From contig JBBRLX010000023.1 in NCBI GenBank assembly GCA_038231135.1, positions 1 to 64,000 of the forward strand: a stretch of 64,000 bases of DNA, in the 5' to 3' direction. The notes under the pieces are model-generated. The model was not told the DNA's origin and did not search any database. It saw nothing but the letters and a program-made list of their open reading frames with translations. The stretch comes from Candidatus Eiseniibacteriota bacterium (GTDB lineage: Bacteria > Eisenbacteria > RBG-16-71-46). This document shows, one piece after another, positions 10,306-20,500 of the stretch (its first letter is position 1; every line of letters begins with the position of its first letter). The translations under genes and the position numbers were made by a program.

Positions 10306-12896
10306 CGGGGTCGCCGATTGGTCCGCGCGATTCCCCCAGCGACGCGAGATTCATCCCGGGCCGGATGCTCACCGGCCGCTACCGCATCGTCGAACGCGTC
10401 GGCCGGGGCGCGATGGGCGAGGTCTATCGTGCGGAGGACCTGAAGCTCGGGCAGGCTGTGGCGCTCAAGTTCCTGCCCGAGGAGTTCGGTCGCGACCCTG
10501 CGCGGCTCGAGGCGTTCCTCACGGAAGTCCGACTCGCGCGCCAGATCTCGCATCCGAACGTGTGCCGCGTCTACGACATCGAGGACGCGGGCGGGACGCC
10601 GTTCCTCACGATGGAGTTCGTCGACGGCGAGGATCTCGCATCACTGCTGCGCCGCATCGGACGCCTCCCCGCCGACAAGGCCGTCGAGATCGGGCGCGAG
10701 ATCTGTGCCGGGCTCGAGGCGATCCACGATCGCGGCGTGATCCACCGCGATCTCAAGCCCGCAAACGTGATGATCGACGGGCGCGGTCACGCGCGCATCT
10801 CCGACTTCGGGCTCTCGGCGCCGCAGGACGCGCCCGTCGATGGGGACACCATCACCGGCACGCCGGCGTATCTGGCGCCCGAATGTCTGTTCGACGGCCA
10901 GGCGCCCAGTGTGCGCAGCGATCTCTACAGCCTGGGGCTCGTGCTCTACGAGATGTTCACCGGCCGCAGAACGTTCGATGCTCCGACCGTTCCCGAACTG
11001 ATGCGTCAGCGCCGAGACTCGACACCCGTGAGTCCGTCGAAGCTGCGGAGCGACATCGATCCCGGCGTCGAGCGCATCATCCTGCGCTGCCTGGAACGGG
11101 ACCGGGAGCGGCGCCCGATGACCGCGCACGTGGTGGCGGCGGCGCTGCCGGGGGATCCGCTGGCGATCGCGATCGCGGCGGGAGAGACTCCCACGACGGC
11201 GATGGTTGCCGCCGCCACGAGCGGCGCCGAAGGCCTGCGGCCCGCCGTGGCGTGGTCGTGTCTCGCGGCACTCCTGATCGGGCTGTCGCTGGTCACGGCG
11301 CTGTCGCCGCGCACGCGGCTGGTTCCGGCGCTGCCGCTGCCCGAACCCCCGGACGCGATGGCCGGACGCGCGCGCGCTCTGCTGCATGACCTCGGTTACC
11401 CGGTGGGCGCGGCCGATCGCGCCTATGGATACCGCTTCGAGGGACGCACGGTCGATCACATCATCACCTGGGACCATTCGGCAACGCGGTGGAACGCGTT
11501 GTCGCGGGCGCGTCCCCCGGTCGCGACGTTCTGGTACCGCGAGAGTCCGGCGGACATGCTGCCGGCGGACCGCTGGCAACGGGTGAGCTACACCGACCCA
11601 CCGCTGCTGATCGAGGGCATGGTGGGCGTGCAACTCGACGGCCTCGGACGCCTGCGGCGGCTCGACAGCATCCTGTCCCCCGCGATGGCACGTTCCACCG
11701 GCGCGGCGCCCGGCATCGGCGCTCTGTTCCGGGCGGCGGGCCTCGACTCCGCGGAATTTCATGCGGTCGCGCCCGACTTCCAACCCATCGTCGGGGGAGA
11801 CTCGCGGCTCGGATACGCGGGGCACTATCCCGAGGCCCCGCAGGTGCCCGTGCGGGTCGATGCCGTGACGCTGCGCGGCCGGCCGGTGTCGTTCGTCGTC
11901 GAGGAGCCCTGGCTGCGACCCGAGGACGCCGCCGCGGATCCGCCCGATCCTTCCGAGCGCATCACGGCGGCCATGATCGGAACCGTGCGGCCGGCGCTGT
12001 TCCTCGTGGCGATGCTCCTCGCAGTCTGGCTCGCGCGGCGCAATCTAAGGGCCGGCCGTGGAGACACGAAGCGCGCGGCGCGGGTGGCCGGCGGGCTGAC
12101 GACGCTGCGCCTGCTGTTCTGGCTGCTGGGCGGCCATCACACGCTGGTCGACTTCATTCAGCAATTCAATGCCGCGTTCGCCTGGGGACTCTACGACTTC
12201 GCCTACGGGTGGATCTGCTACATGGCCGTCGAGCCGTACGTGCGCCGGTTGTGGCCGCGCACGCTCATTTCGTGGGTGCGCGCGCTGGACGGCCAGCACG
12301 CGAACTCGCGCGTCGGACGCGACGTGCTGATCGGCTGCCTGCTGGCGACGACGCTCGCGCTCGTGGTCGCCGGTCACACCGCGGCCCCGCTGCTGTTCGG
12401 TGCCCCGCCCGGCCGCCCGGACAACGTCGGCTACGTCGAGAACCAACTCGCCACGCTGATCGGCCTCCGGTACCAGATCGCCGAGCTGCTATGGCTCTTT
12501 CGATCGAACCTAGTGCTCATCATGGGGTTCCTCGTGACGCTCGTCGCGGCCCGCATCCTGCTGCGCAATGCCACGGCCGCGGTCGTCGTGGCGTTCCTGA
12601 TCTACCTGCCGCTGTCGCTGCCGCGCGGAGAGTTCGTGGCGCTGAACTTCGCGCTCGCATTCGTGTCGACGCTGGCCGTGCTGTTCGTATTCCTGCGCTT
12701 CGGTCTGCTGGCTTCGGCCGTGGGGGTGCTGATGCATGCGACGCTGCAATCGACGCCGCTCGGGATGGGCATGGGCTCGTGGCCGACCAGCCGCACCGTG
12801 CTGATCCTGGCGCTCGTGCTCGCCATCGGGATGTACGGGTTCGTGCGTTCGATGGGGGGGCGGCCGGTGTTTCGCGATGTGATCGGCGCGGACTAA
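10302..12896 (+). CDS. Membrane-bound Ser/Thr protein kinase with multi-TM C-terminus
   Basis: GRGAMGEVY, VALK, HRDLKPAN, DFG, GTPAYLAPE; TM helix, soluble loop, then many hydrophobic helices. Confidence 0.92.
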   Translation: MTGSPIGPRDSPSDARFIPGRMLTGRYRIVERVGRGAMGEVYRAEDLKLGQAVALKFLPEEFGRDPARLEAFLTEVRLARQISHPNVCRVYDIEDAGGTPFLTMEFVDGEDLASLLRRIGRLPADKAVEIGREICAGLEAIHDRGVIHRDLKPANVMIDGRGHARISDFGLSAPQDAPVDGDTITGTPAYLAPECLFDGQAPSVRSDLYSLGLVLYEMFTGRRTFDAPTVPELMRQRRDSTPVSPSKLRSDIDPGVERIILRCLERDRERRPMTAHVVAAALPGDPLAIAIAAGETPTTAMVAAATSGAEGLRPAVAWSCLAALLIGLSLVTALSPRTRLVPALPLPEPPDAMAGRARALLHDLGYPVGAADRAYGYRFEGRTVDHIITWDHSATRWNALSRARPPVATFWYRESPADMLPADRWQRVSYTDPPLLIEGMVGVQLDGLGRLRRLDSILSPAMARSTGAAPGIGALFRAAGLDSAEFHAVAPDFQPIVGGDSRLGYAGHYPEAPQVPVRVDAVTLRGRPVSFVVEEPWLRPEDAAADPPDPSERITAAMIGTVRPALFLVAMLLAVWLARRNLRAGRGDTKRAARVAGGLTTLRLLFWLLGGHHTLVDFIQQFNAAFAWGLYDFAYGWICYMAVEPYVRRLWPRTLISWVRALDGQHANSRVGRDVLIGCLLATTLALVVAGHTAAPLLFGAPPGRPDNVGYVENQLATLIGLRYQIAELLWLFRSNLVLIMGFLVTLVAARILLRNATAAVVVAFLIYLPLSLPRGEFVALNFALAFVSTLAVLFVFLRFGLLASAVGVLMHATLQSTPLGMGMGSWPTSRTVLILALVLAIGMYGFVRSMGGRPVFRDVIGAD

Positions 12897-14884
12897 CGCG
12901 CATCCACGCCGGCGGGCGCGACCGTCACGCCCGCCTTCGTGAACTCCGTGCCCTGCTCGGTACGCGTTCCCGCGATGCGGTCCCGCACGGAGATCGCGAG
13001 GTGATAGTGGCCCGGCGGCAGCGATGCCGCGGGGACCGACACGTACTGGCGGCGCAGCGACCCCGCGCCCTCCTGCTCGCTGCGCGCGGCGACCCGCGCC
13101 CCGTGTCCGCCGCCTGACCACAGCCGTCGATACCACGGACGCGGGTCCTTGTCCGTCGAGCGCACGGTGTATTCGTATTCGAACTGCGAACGGCCCGCGG
13201 CATCCGGGCGCAGATGATAGACCTCGAAGTAGGCCCGCAGCGGCTGGTCGCCGGTGATGCGCGCCGGGAGGTTCGGGTTGAGCCGCACCTCGTTCGCGCC
13301 AGCCGCCACGTCCAGCGCGCCGCAGACCAGGACCAGATCGCTCATCGTGAGCGCCGCCGGCGCCGGCGTGACGTCACGAACGGTGCGCAGCACACGCCGG
13401 CCGCCGCGTCCGTCGTCCACCGCGACCGTCAGGCGATAGCTGCCGGGCGGCAGGTCGAACCCGAACTCGCCGGCGCGGAGCGCGGCCGGATCGCACGCGG
13501 ACGGCGACAGCACCCGCGACGAACGCGCGACCACGTGCCCCGCAGCATTGAGCACCACACAGTCCGCGGCCAGGCTGTCGTCCGGCGTGCCGGGAGTCTC
13601 GAGTTGCGCCAGCAGCCGCGGCCCCTTGTCGCTTTCGAATCGCGAGACCCGGGCCAGCACGGGCAGCGCCCGCACGCCCGCGGGCTGGGTCGGGAACACC
13701 GCGCGGCCGCCGGCCGTCGCCAGCAGGCCGGGGTTCGCGATCGCTTCCGGACCCGGACTGGGGTCGGTATCCATTCCGTCCCGCCGCGGCAGCTCGTAGT
13801 GCTGCGAGATCGCGAGATCCTCGAGCAGCACGCGCAGCCCGAGCTCCGGGTAGTCCCACACCTGGGCGTGCAGCGGGTACCACATGGGATCGGCATCGCC
13901 GATACGGCGCGGGCCGTTTCCGGTCAAGAACAACCGGTCGAACTTGTTGGGTCGCTGTGCGAGCGAGACGCCGGGCGGTTGATACTCGATGCGCGCGGGT
14001 GCGCCGTAGCGGACATACAGCTCGCCGCGTGCGTCCCACACCGGATTCCAGGTATCCGTGAACAGCAGCGTGGCGTGCGCCACGCGCGACCAGTACTCGA
14101 GCCGTGCCTCGCTGCGGGGCGTGGTGGGATCGGGATCGTTCTCGGTCCAGAACCGGCGCGCGTACTCCGACCGTTCGCGCGCGGTCAGCTTCGCAATGGC
14201 TTCGCCGGCGTCCGGTGTCACGAGCGGCGTGAGGTCGGCGAACCGGGCGGCCAGTCCGGGAGGCAGCCGCGGAATCGCCTCCGTGAACATGCTGTCGGCG
14301 AATGCGGCGCGGCCGGACCGGTAGGCGAGGCAGGCGATCGCGAGCCGGGCCTCGGCGCGCTCCGGCTCCGCCGCGACGGCACGCGCGGCCGCTGTGGCGG
14401 CACCGTCGGCATCGCCCTCCTCGAGGCGCAGCACAGAGAGCCCGATCCAGGCGTCGCAGAACGCGGGTCGCAGGCGCACGGCGTCGGAGAGGTTCCCGAT
14501 CGCCCGGACCCGCGAGGTGCTGTCGAGCGTCGCGAGCCAGTCGCGCTTCCATAGCAGGCCCAGCCCAAACCAGCCGTCGGCGTCCTCCGGCGCCACGCGG
14601 GTCAGGCGCTCGAACGTGAGTTGGGCGGAGTGATTGAACCCGGCGTCGAGATACGCGCGGCCGAGGGACTGAAGGAGTTCGGGATCGGCGGGCGTGAGGC
14701 GCGAGGCCTCCTCGAGTTCGCCGATCGCGACCCGGCGCTGCTCGAGCGCGCCCGTGGCGTAACGCTGGCGGGCATCGCGCAGCAACTCACGCGCACGCGC
14801 GGCAGAGTCGATCGGAGCGGCAGTCGAGCGGCCGGCAACGACGGTGAGCGCAATCAGCAGGGTCAGGAATGGCAGGCGGCGCAG
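12893..14884 (-). CDS. Secreted TPR + GWxTD-like domain protein (probable CTG start)
   Basis: In-frame signal peptide LRRLPFLTLLIALTVVAGRSTAA after GGGAGG; TPR-like helices; FW..NDPDPTTP..EARLEYWSRV...WDARGELYVRYGAP. Confidence 0.8.
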   Translation of the reverse strand: MRRLPFLTLLIALTVVAGRSTAAPIDSAARARELLRDARQRYATGALEQRRVAIGELEEASRLTPADPELLQSLGRAYLDAGFNHSAQLTFERLTRVAPEDADGWFGLGLLWKRDWLATLDSTSRVRAIGNLSDAVRLRPAFCDAWIGLSVLRLEEGDADGAATAAARAVAAEPERAEARLAIACLAYRSGRAAFADSMFTEAIPRLPPGLAARFADLTPLVTPDAGEAIAKLTARERSEYARRFWTENDPDPTTPRSEARLEYWSRVAHATLLFTDTWNPVWDARGELYVRYGAPARIEYQPPGVSLAQRPNKFDRLFLTGNGPRRIGDADPMWYPLHAQVWDYPELGLRVLLEDLAISQHYELPRRDGMDTDPSPGPEAIANPGLLATAGGRAVFPTQPAGVRALPVLARVSRFESDKGPRLLAQLETPGTPDDSLAADCVVLNAAGHVVARSSRVLSPSACDPAALRAGEFGFDLPPGSYRLTVAVDDGRGGRRVLRTVRDVTPAPAALTMSDLVLVCGALDVAAGANEVRLNPNLPARITGDQPLRAYFEVYHLRPDAAGRSQFEYEYTVRSTDKDPRPWYRRLWSGGGHGARVAARSEQEGAGSLRRQYVSVPAASLPPGHYHLAISVRDRIAGTRTEQGTEFTKAGVTVAPAGVDAR

Positions 14885-15015
14885 CGTCTCGACCTCCCGG
14901 GGCGACAGGGTCCGACCACGATATGAACGGCGGAATCGGAACTCGGTTCCCGGTGTGGATCGAGCTTACACCATCGCGGACTGTCCCGGGTGGAAGCACG
15001 GTGGGGACAGGGGAT

Positions 15016-15309
15016 TCACACGTGGGCCTCGGAGCCCGGGTGGGTATAGCGCGCATCGAGTACATTGTAGATGCTCGCTACCACGTCCAGCGGACCGATT
15101 ACCCGGGGGGCCGTGAGCGTGCAGTCGCATCGACAGGGACATCCGCGTCCGTCGCTCCATCGGATGACCGGCTGGATGCCGTGATGAGTGTTGAATCGGG
15201 AGTCATAGACGCCAGCGCCGGGAGGGAGCGCGGGGACCAGCACGAGCAGGGCCAGCAACGCCAGTATAGGGTCACGAGATCTGCTGCTGGCGGCCGACGG
15301 TCCGTGCAT
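15016..15309 (-). pseudogene. Remnant resembling a TonB-dependent receptor (signal peptide joined to C-terminal barrel strands)
   Basis: ILALLALLVLVPALP then TLTAPRVIGPLDVVASIYNVLDARYTHPGSEAHV-stop; resemblance recognised by eye. Confidence 0.5.
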
Positions 15310-15705
15310 TGCCCCTCGCGATCGATCGCTGTAGCCCGAACGGATCCACGGCCGGCGATGCGTGCCGGAAGGTGGGGACTCGCTCCGGAGTTGCCCGGAT
15401 GCCAGGGTATCGGCCCGCAAACGACGACGGGTGACGACCCTCACATAAAACGTAGGGCAGATCGCGAGTACCAATCACGTCGTGCACGGTGCCCGCGTCG
15501 CCGTCGTTGGCATCGAGCGATAGTCAGGCTGCGGCCGGGCACAATCTGGTCGCACCCCAGGTGCGCGCAACCGCCGGATGACCCCGCGCTCGTCGTGATC
15601 GTGGGCGCGCACGTCCGACACCGCGTGCGGTTTGCCCCCCTGCCGGGTGACCCTGCAGGAGTAGACGGACGCCGACGCTTCGTACCCGCCCTGAGGAGCC
15701 CGAAC

Positions 15706-17808
15706 ATGATGACCCGATTTGCACGCTCGTCCGTTGCCCTGGCCGCAGCGGTAGTCGCCGTGGGAGTGTTCGCGTTCGCGGCCCCGCGGTTGGCGAACGG
15801 ACAGACGGCGGGCAAGCCCCAGTTCGGCGCCTACGGATTCGATTCGGACGGTGGCGACAAGGCCACACGCCCAGGCGACGATTTCTTCCGCTTCGCCAAC
15901 GGCGGCTGGGTCGACCGCGTCGAGATCCCCGGTGATCGCCCCTCCTACAGTCTGCGCGCCATGATGACCGACAGCACCGAGCGACGCCTGCACGACCTGC
16001 TGGAGCAGTACGCCGCAGCGTCCGGCCCGGCGCCGGCGACGATCGAGGCCAAGACCGGCGCGTTCTACAAGTCGTTCATGGACGAGAGCCAGGTCGACAA
16101 GCTCGGCGCCAGGCCGCTGGAGGCCACGCTCGCGGAGATCCGCTCCGCCCGGACGCGAGCCGCGATTGCGGGGCTCATGGGCCGCGACAACGACGACTTC
16201 GAAGGCACGCTGTTCGGCGTCGGCATCGACGTCGACATCAAGGCCCCCGGCAAGTATGCAGTCTACGTGGGCCAGGCAGGGCTCGGCATGCCGGACCGCG
16301 ACTACTATCTCGAGCCGACGTTCGAAGACAAGAAATCGGCCTATCGCACGTATGCGGCCACGCTGCTGCGTGCGGTCGACTGGCCCGCGCCCGAGGCCCA
16401 GGCCGACTCGATCCTGGCGTTCGAATCGGCGATCGCCGGGGCGAGCTGGACCAAGACCCAGCAGCGCGATCCGGTCGCGACCTACAACGCGGTCACGATC
16501 GCCCAGCTCGAGGCGCTGGCGCCGGGTTTCGCGTGGCGGCCGTTCCTCGAGTCCGCCGGGCTGGGCAAGACGGCGCGCGTGGTCGTTGCCGAGAAGACCG
16601 CGTTCCCGAAGCTCGCGGCGATCTTCGCGCACACGCCGGTCTCGACGCTGCAGGCGTGGCTCGCGTTCACCACGCTCGACAACGCCGCACCGTTTCTGTC
16701 GCAACCGTTCGCGAGCGCCTACTTCGAGTTCCGCAACAAGACACTGTCGGGCCAGGCGGAGCCGGCCTCGCGCTGGAAGCGCGGCGTGCGCACGGTCAGC
16801 GGCGGTGACTTCGGGGCCGGCGACCGGCAGGACCGCTTCGGCAACATGGGGTGGGCCGTCGGGCAGATCTACACCGCGCGCTACTTCCCTCCCGAGGCGA
16901 AGGCGCGCATCGAGGCGCTGGTGCTCAACCTCAAGGCCGCCTACCGCGTGCGCATCGAGCACCTCGACTGGATGAGCCCGGCGACGCGCGCCATGGCGCT
17001 CAAGAAACTCGACACCTATAACATCAAGGTCGGCTATCCCAGCCACCCGCGCGACTACTCGAAGCTCGAGATCCATGACGACGACCTGCTGGGCAACGTG
17101 CGGCGTTCGGCGAAGACGGAGTGGGCGTTCCAGGCCGGCCGTTTGCCGCAGCCCGTGGATCGTGACGATTGGGGAATGACGCCGCAGACCAACGACGCGT
17201 ACAACGGCTCGCTGCGCGACATCGTGTTCCCGGCCGGCATCCTGCAGCCGCCGATCTTCGATGCGAACGCGGATCCCGCCTTCAACTACGGCGCGGCGGG
17301 TGGCGTCATCGGGCACGAGTTGACGCACGGCTTCGACGACGAAGGCCGCAAGCTCGACGCCGAAGGCAAGCTCAGGGACTGGTGGGCGCCGGCGGACGCC
17401 AAGGCGTTCGAGGCCCGCGCCGCCAGGCTGGGCGCCCAGTATTCGCAATTCGAACCGCTGCCCGGCGTGAAGGTCAACGGCGACCTCACGATGGGCGAGA
17501 ACATCGCCGACCTCGGCGGCGTCACGTTGGCGCTCGAAGCGTATCGCGCCTCGCTCAAGGGCCAGCCCGCGCCGGTCATCGACGGCATGACCGGCGATCA
17601 GCGGGTGTTCCTCGGCTGGGCGCAGGCGTGGCGGGGCAAGGCGCGCGACGCGGCGATCAAGCGCCAGGTCACGAGCGATCCGCACTCGCCGCGCCCGTAT
17701 CGCGTGAATGGTGTCATGCGCAATGTCGACGCGTGGTACGAGGCGTTCGACGTCAAGCCCGGCGACAAGCTGTACGTGGCCCCGGAGGACCGCGTGCACA
17801 TCTGGTGA
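15706..17808 (+). CDS. M13 family (neprilysin/PepO-like) metallopeptidase
   Basis: PGDDFFRFANG, VFPAGILQPP, HELTH zinc motif, GENIAD, DPHSP; signal peptide; GAGGAG SD. Confidence 0.96.
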   Translation: MMTRFARSSVALAAAVVAVGVFAFAAPRLANGQTAGKPQFGAYGFDSDGGDKATRPGDDFFRFANGGWVDRVEIPGDRPSYSLRAMMTDSTERRLHDLLEQYAAASGPAPATIEAKTGAFYKSFMDESQVDKLGARPLEATLAEIRSARTRAAIAGLMGRDNDDFEGTLFGVGIDVDIKAPGKYAVYVGQAGLGMPDRDYYLEPTFEDKKSAYRTYAATLLRAVDWPAPEAQADSILAFESAIAGASWTKTQQRDPVATYNAVTIAQLEALAPGFAWRPFLESAGLGKTARVVVAEKTAFPKLAAIFAHTPVSTLQAWLAFTTLDNAAPFLSQPFASAYFEFRNKTLSGQAEPASRWKRGVRTVSGGDFGAGDRQDRFGNMGWAVGQIYTARYFPPEAKARIEALVLNLKAAYRVRIEHLDWMSPATRAMALKKLDTYNIKVGYPSHPRDYSKLEIHDDDLLGNVRRSAKTEWAFQAGRLPQPVDRDDWGMTPQTNDAYNGSLRDIVFPAGILQPPIFDANADPAFNYGAAGGVIGHELTHGFDDEGRKLDAEGKLRDWWAPADAKAFEARAARLGAQYSQFEPLPGVKVNGDLTMGENIADLGGVTLALEAYRASLKGQPAPVIDGMTGDQRVFLGWAQAWRGKARDAAIKRQVTSDPHSPRPYRVNGVMRNVDAWYEAFDVKPGDKLYVAPEDRVHIW

Positions 17809-17858
17809 GCTGATCCGCTATGCTGCGAGCGTCCACGATCTGACTACCTGCTACGGAG

Positions 17859-20498
17859 GTGCGCGTGCCGCTCGAAGCCGGTACCCGGCTCGGTCCCTAT
17901 GAAATTACCGCCCCCCTCGGGGCCGGCGGCATGGGCGAGGTGTATCGCGCCCGCGACACGCGGCTGCAGCGCGACGTCGCGATCAAGGTGCTGCCGGGCC
18001 ATCTCGCCGATACGCCCGACGCGCGGGCGCGGTTCGAGCGCGAGGCGAAGGCGATCTCGAGCCTCAACCACCCCAACATCTGCACGCTGTTCGACATCGG
18101 CCGCGAAGGTGATCGCGACTATCTCGTCATGGAGTTGCTCGAAGGCGAGACGCTGGCGCAGCGGCTCACGAGCGGCCCGCTGACGCCGGACGAGGCGATG
18201 CGGCTCGGCATCCAGATCGCCGACGGCCTCGACAAGGCGCACCGCCAGGGCCTCGTCCACCGCGACCTCAAGCCCGGCAACATCATGCTTACCCGCTCCG
18301 GCGCCAAGCTGCTCGACTTCGGGCTCGCGCGCTCGACGGTCCTCGGTCCGGTGTCGGGCCTCACCAGCACGCCCACCGTCACGCGCGGCCTCACGGCCGA
18401 GGGCGCGATCGTCGGCACGTTCCAGTACATGTCACCCGAGCAACTCGAGGGCCGCGAGGCCGACGCGCGCAGCGACGTATGGGCGCTCGGCCTCGTGCTC
18501 TACGAATCGCTCACCGGTCGCAAGGCGTTCGACGGCACGAGCCAGGCGCGGCTGATCGGCGCGATCATGAACACCGAGCCTGCGCCGCTGTCGAGCGTCT
18601 CGGCGCTGGTGCCTCCGGCGCTCGAACGGCTGCTGCGCAACTGCCTGGCCAAGGATGCGGACGAGCGGGTCCAGACCGCGCACGACGTGAAGCTCCAGCT
18701 CCAGTGGATCCTCGAGGGCGGCTCTGCGGTCGGAGTGCCGGCGCCCGTTGCGATTCGCCGGCGCCAGCGCGACCGCGCGTTGCTGGGGATCGCGGTCGCC
18801 TCCACAGCGGCGCTGGTGATCCTCGGCGGCTGGGTCGTGACGCGGCCCAAACCCGAGCCCCAACTGATGCGCTTCGAGGTGACGCCGCCGACGGCGCTCC
18901 AGTTCCAGGACGCGCCGCGCATCTCGCCCGACGGGCGCACCATTGCGTACAACGCCACCGACTCGCTGGGCATCTCGAAGGTCTGGGTGCGGCCGCTGAA
19001 CGCGCTGCAGGCCCAGCCGCTGGGAGGGACCGAAGGCGCCCACCGTCCGTTCTGGTCGCCCGACAGCCGCTTGCTGGGGTTCATGGCGAACGGCAAGCTC
19101 AAGAAGGTCGAGCTGGGGAATCCATCTCCCGTCGTGGTCTGCGATGCCCCCACGGGATCCGACGGCACTTGGGGTCGCTCCGGAGTCATCCTGTTCGACG
19201 GCAGTGTCAACGATCCCATTCGCAGGGTGTCCGCTTCGGGAGGCGTCGCCACCGATCTGGTGGCCGGGGATACGGCGAAGGGGTCGCAGGTCGGGTGGCC
19301 CGAATTCCTGCCCGATGGCCATCACTTTCTGTATCTCACGATCGGCGCGCAATCCCACCTGTGGGTGGGCGATCTCGATTCCAAAGTCCGGCGCGACCTC
19401 GGCCCGTGTGAGTCGCAGATCAAGTATGTGAAGCCGGGGTACCTGTTGATCTCACGCGGCGGCACGCTCGTGGCGCAGCGGTTCGACACGCACGGGCTCA
19501 AGTTCGTCGGCGATCCGGTGCCGATCGCGGAGCAGGTGACGGCCGGCATCAACGGCGCGTCGGACTTTCACGCGTCGGAGAACGGCATCCTCGTGTTCTC
19601 CGCCGCGGCGGCCCAGGCAGCGCGCCTCGTCGAGATGGACCGTACGGGCAGGGTGACGCGTACGTTCACGCTGTCCGGCGCGATCATGCACCCCGCGCTG
19701 TCGCCCGATGGCCACCGCATCGCGCTGCGCGCGCTGGATCCGCAGACGCGCACGCGCGACATCTGGCTCGTCGAGCCCGACCGTGACATCGCGACGCGGT
19801 TCACGTACGAGCCCACGAACGAGAACTATCCCCTGTGGTCGCCGGACGGCCACCAGATCATGTATTGGAGCGACGTTCCCAGTGCCCCCGGTCTCTACCG
19901 CAAGCAGATCACCGGGGCGGGGCAGACTGAGCAGGTGCTGCCACTGAAGGAGGGCGAGGTCGAGTTGACCGACTGGTCGCGTGACGGCCGATTCGTGCTG
20001 TTCACCGCGAGTGGAGCGTCCCACAGCAGGATCATGCTGCTGACGCTCGCCGATCACTCCGCCAAGTCGTTTCTCGAGGGTCCGTTCGACGCGGGTTACG
20101 CCACCCTGTCGCCCGATGGTCGTTACATCGCGTACGCCTCGAACGAGTCCGGACGCTTCGAGATCTACGTGCAGACGTTCCCGGACCGCAGCGACAAGTG
20201 GCAGATCTCGACCAAGGGCGGCCTCGATCCGGCGTGGAGCGCCGACGGGAGTCAGATCTACTACCTGTCCGCCGACCAGCACCTGTCCTCTGTGCCGATC
20301 CACACCACGCCGACGTTCCAACCCGGCGCGCCCGTTTCCCTGTTCCCATTGCTGGTCGCCAATCCCGATGCCGGCAGGAACCACTATCTCGTGAGCGCCG
20401 ACGGCCAGCACGTCACCGCGATCGTGCCCGCGGGCATGCACACGCTGCCGAACACCTACGTCGTGGTGAACTGGACCGCGGGCCTGGAGAAGAAGTAG
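17859..20498 (+). CDS. Ser/Thr protein kinase with TM helix and TolB/PD40 beta-propeller
   Basis: GAGGMGEVY, HRDLKPGN, DFG, GTFQYMSPE; repeated SPDG motifs. Confidence 0.95.
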   Translation: MRVPLEAGTRLGPYEITAPLGAGGMGEVYRARDTRLQRDVAIKVLPGHLADTPDARARFEREAKAISSLNHPNICTLFDIGREGDRDYLVMELLEGETLAQRLTSGPLTPDEAMRLGIQIADGLDKAHRQGLVHRDLKPGNIMLTRSGAKLLDFGLARSTVLGPVSGLTSTPTVTRGLTAEGAIVGTFQYMSPEQLEGREADARSDVWALGLVLYESLTGRKAFDGTSQARLIGAIMNTEPAPLSSVSALVPPALERLLRNCLAKDADERVQTAHDVKLQLQWILEGGSAVGVPAPVAIRRRQRDRALLGIAVASTAALVILGGWVVTRPKPEPQLMRFEVTPPTALQFQDAPRISPDGRTIAYNATDSLGISKVWVRPLNALQAQPLGGTEGAHRPFWSPDSRLLGFMANGKLKKVELGNPSPVVVCDAPTGSDGTWGRSGVILFDGSVNDPIRRVSASGGVATDLVAGDTAKGSQVGWPEFLPDGHHFLYLTIGAQSHLWVGDLDSKVRRDLGPCESQIKYVKPGYLLISRGGTLVAQRFDTHGLKFVGDPVPIAEQVTAGINGASDFHASENGILVFSAAAAQAARLVEMDRTGRVTRTFTLSGAIMHPALSPDGHRIALRALDPQTRTRDIWLVEPDRDIATRFTYEPTNENYPLWSPDGHQIMYWSDVPSAPGLYRKQITGAGQTEQVLPLKEGEVELTDWSRDGRFVLFTASGASHSRIMLLTLADHSAKSFLEGPFDAGYATLSPDGRYIAYASNESGRFEIYVQTFPDRSDKWQISTKGGLDPAWSADGSQIYYLSADQHLSSVPIHTTPTFQPGAPVSLFPLLVANPDAGRNHYLVSADGQHVTAIVPAGMHTLPNTYVVVNWTAGLEKK

Positions 20499-20500
20499 CC

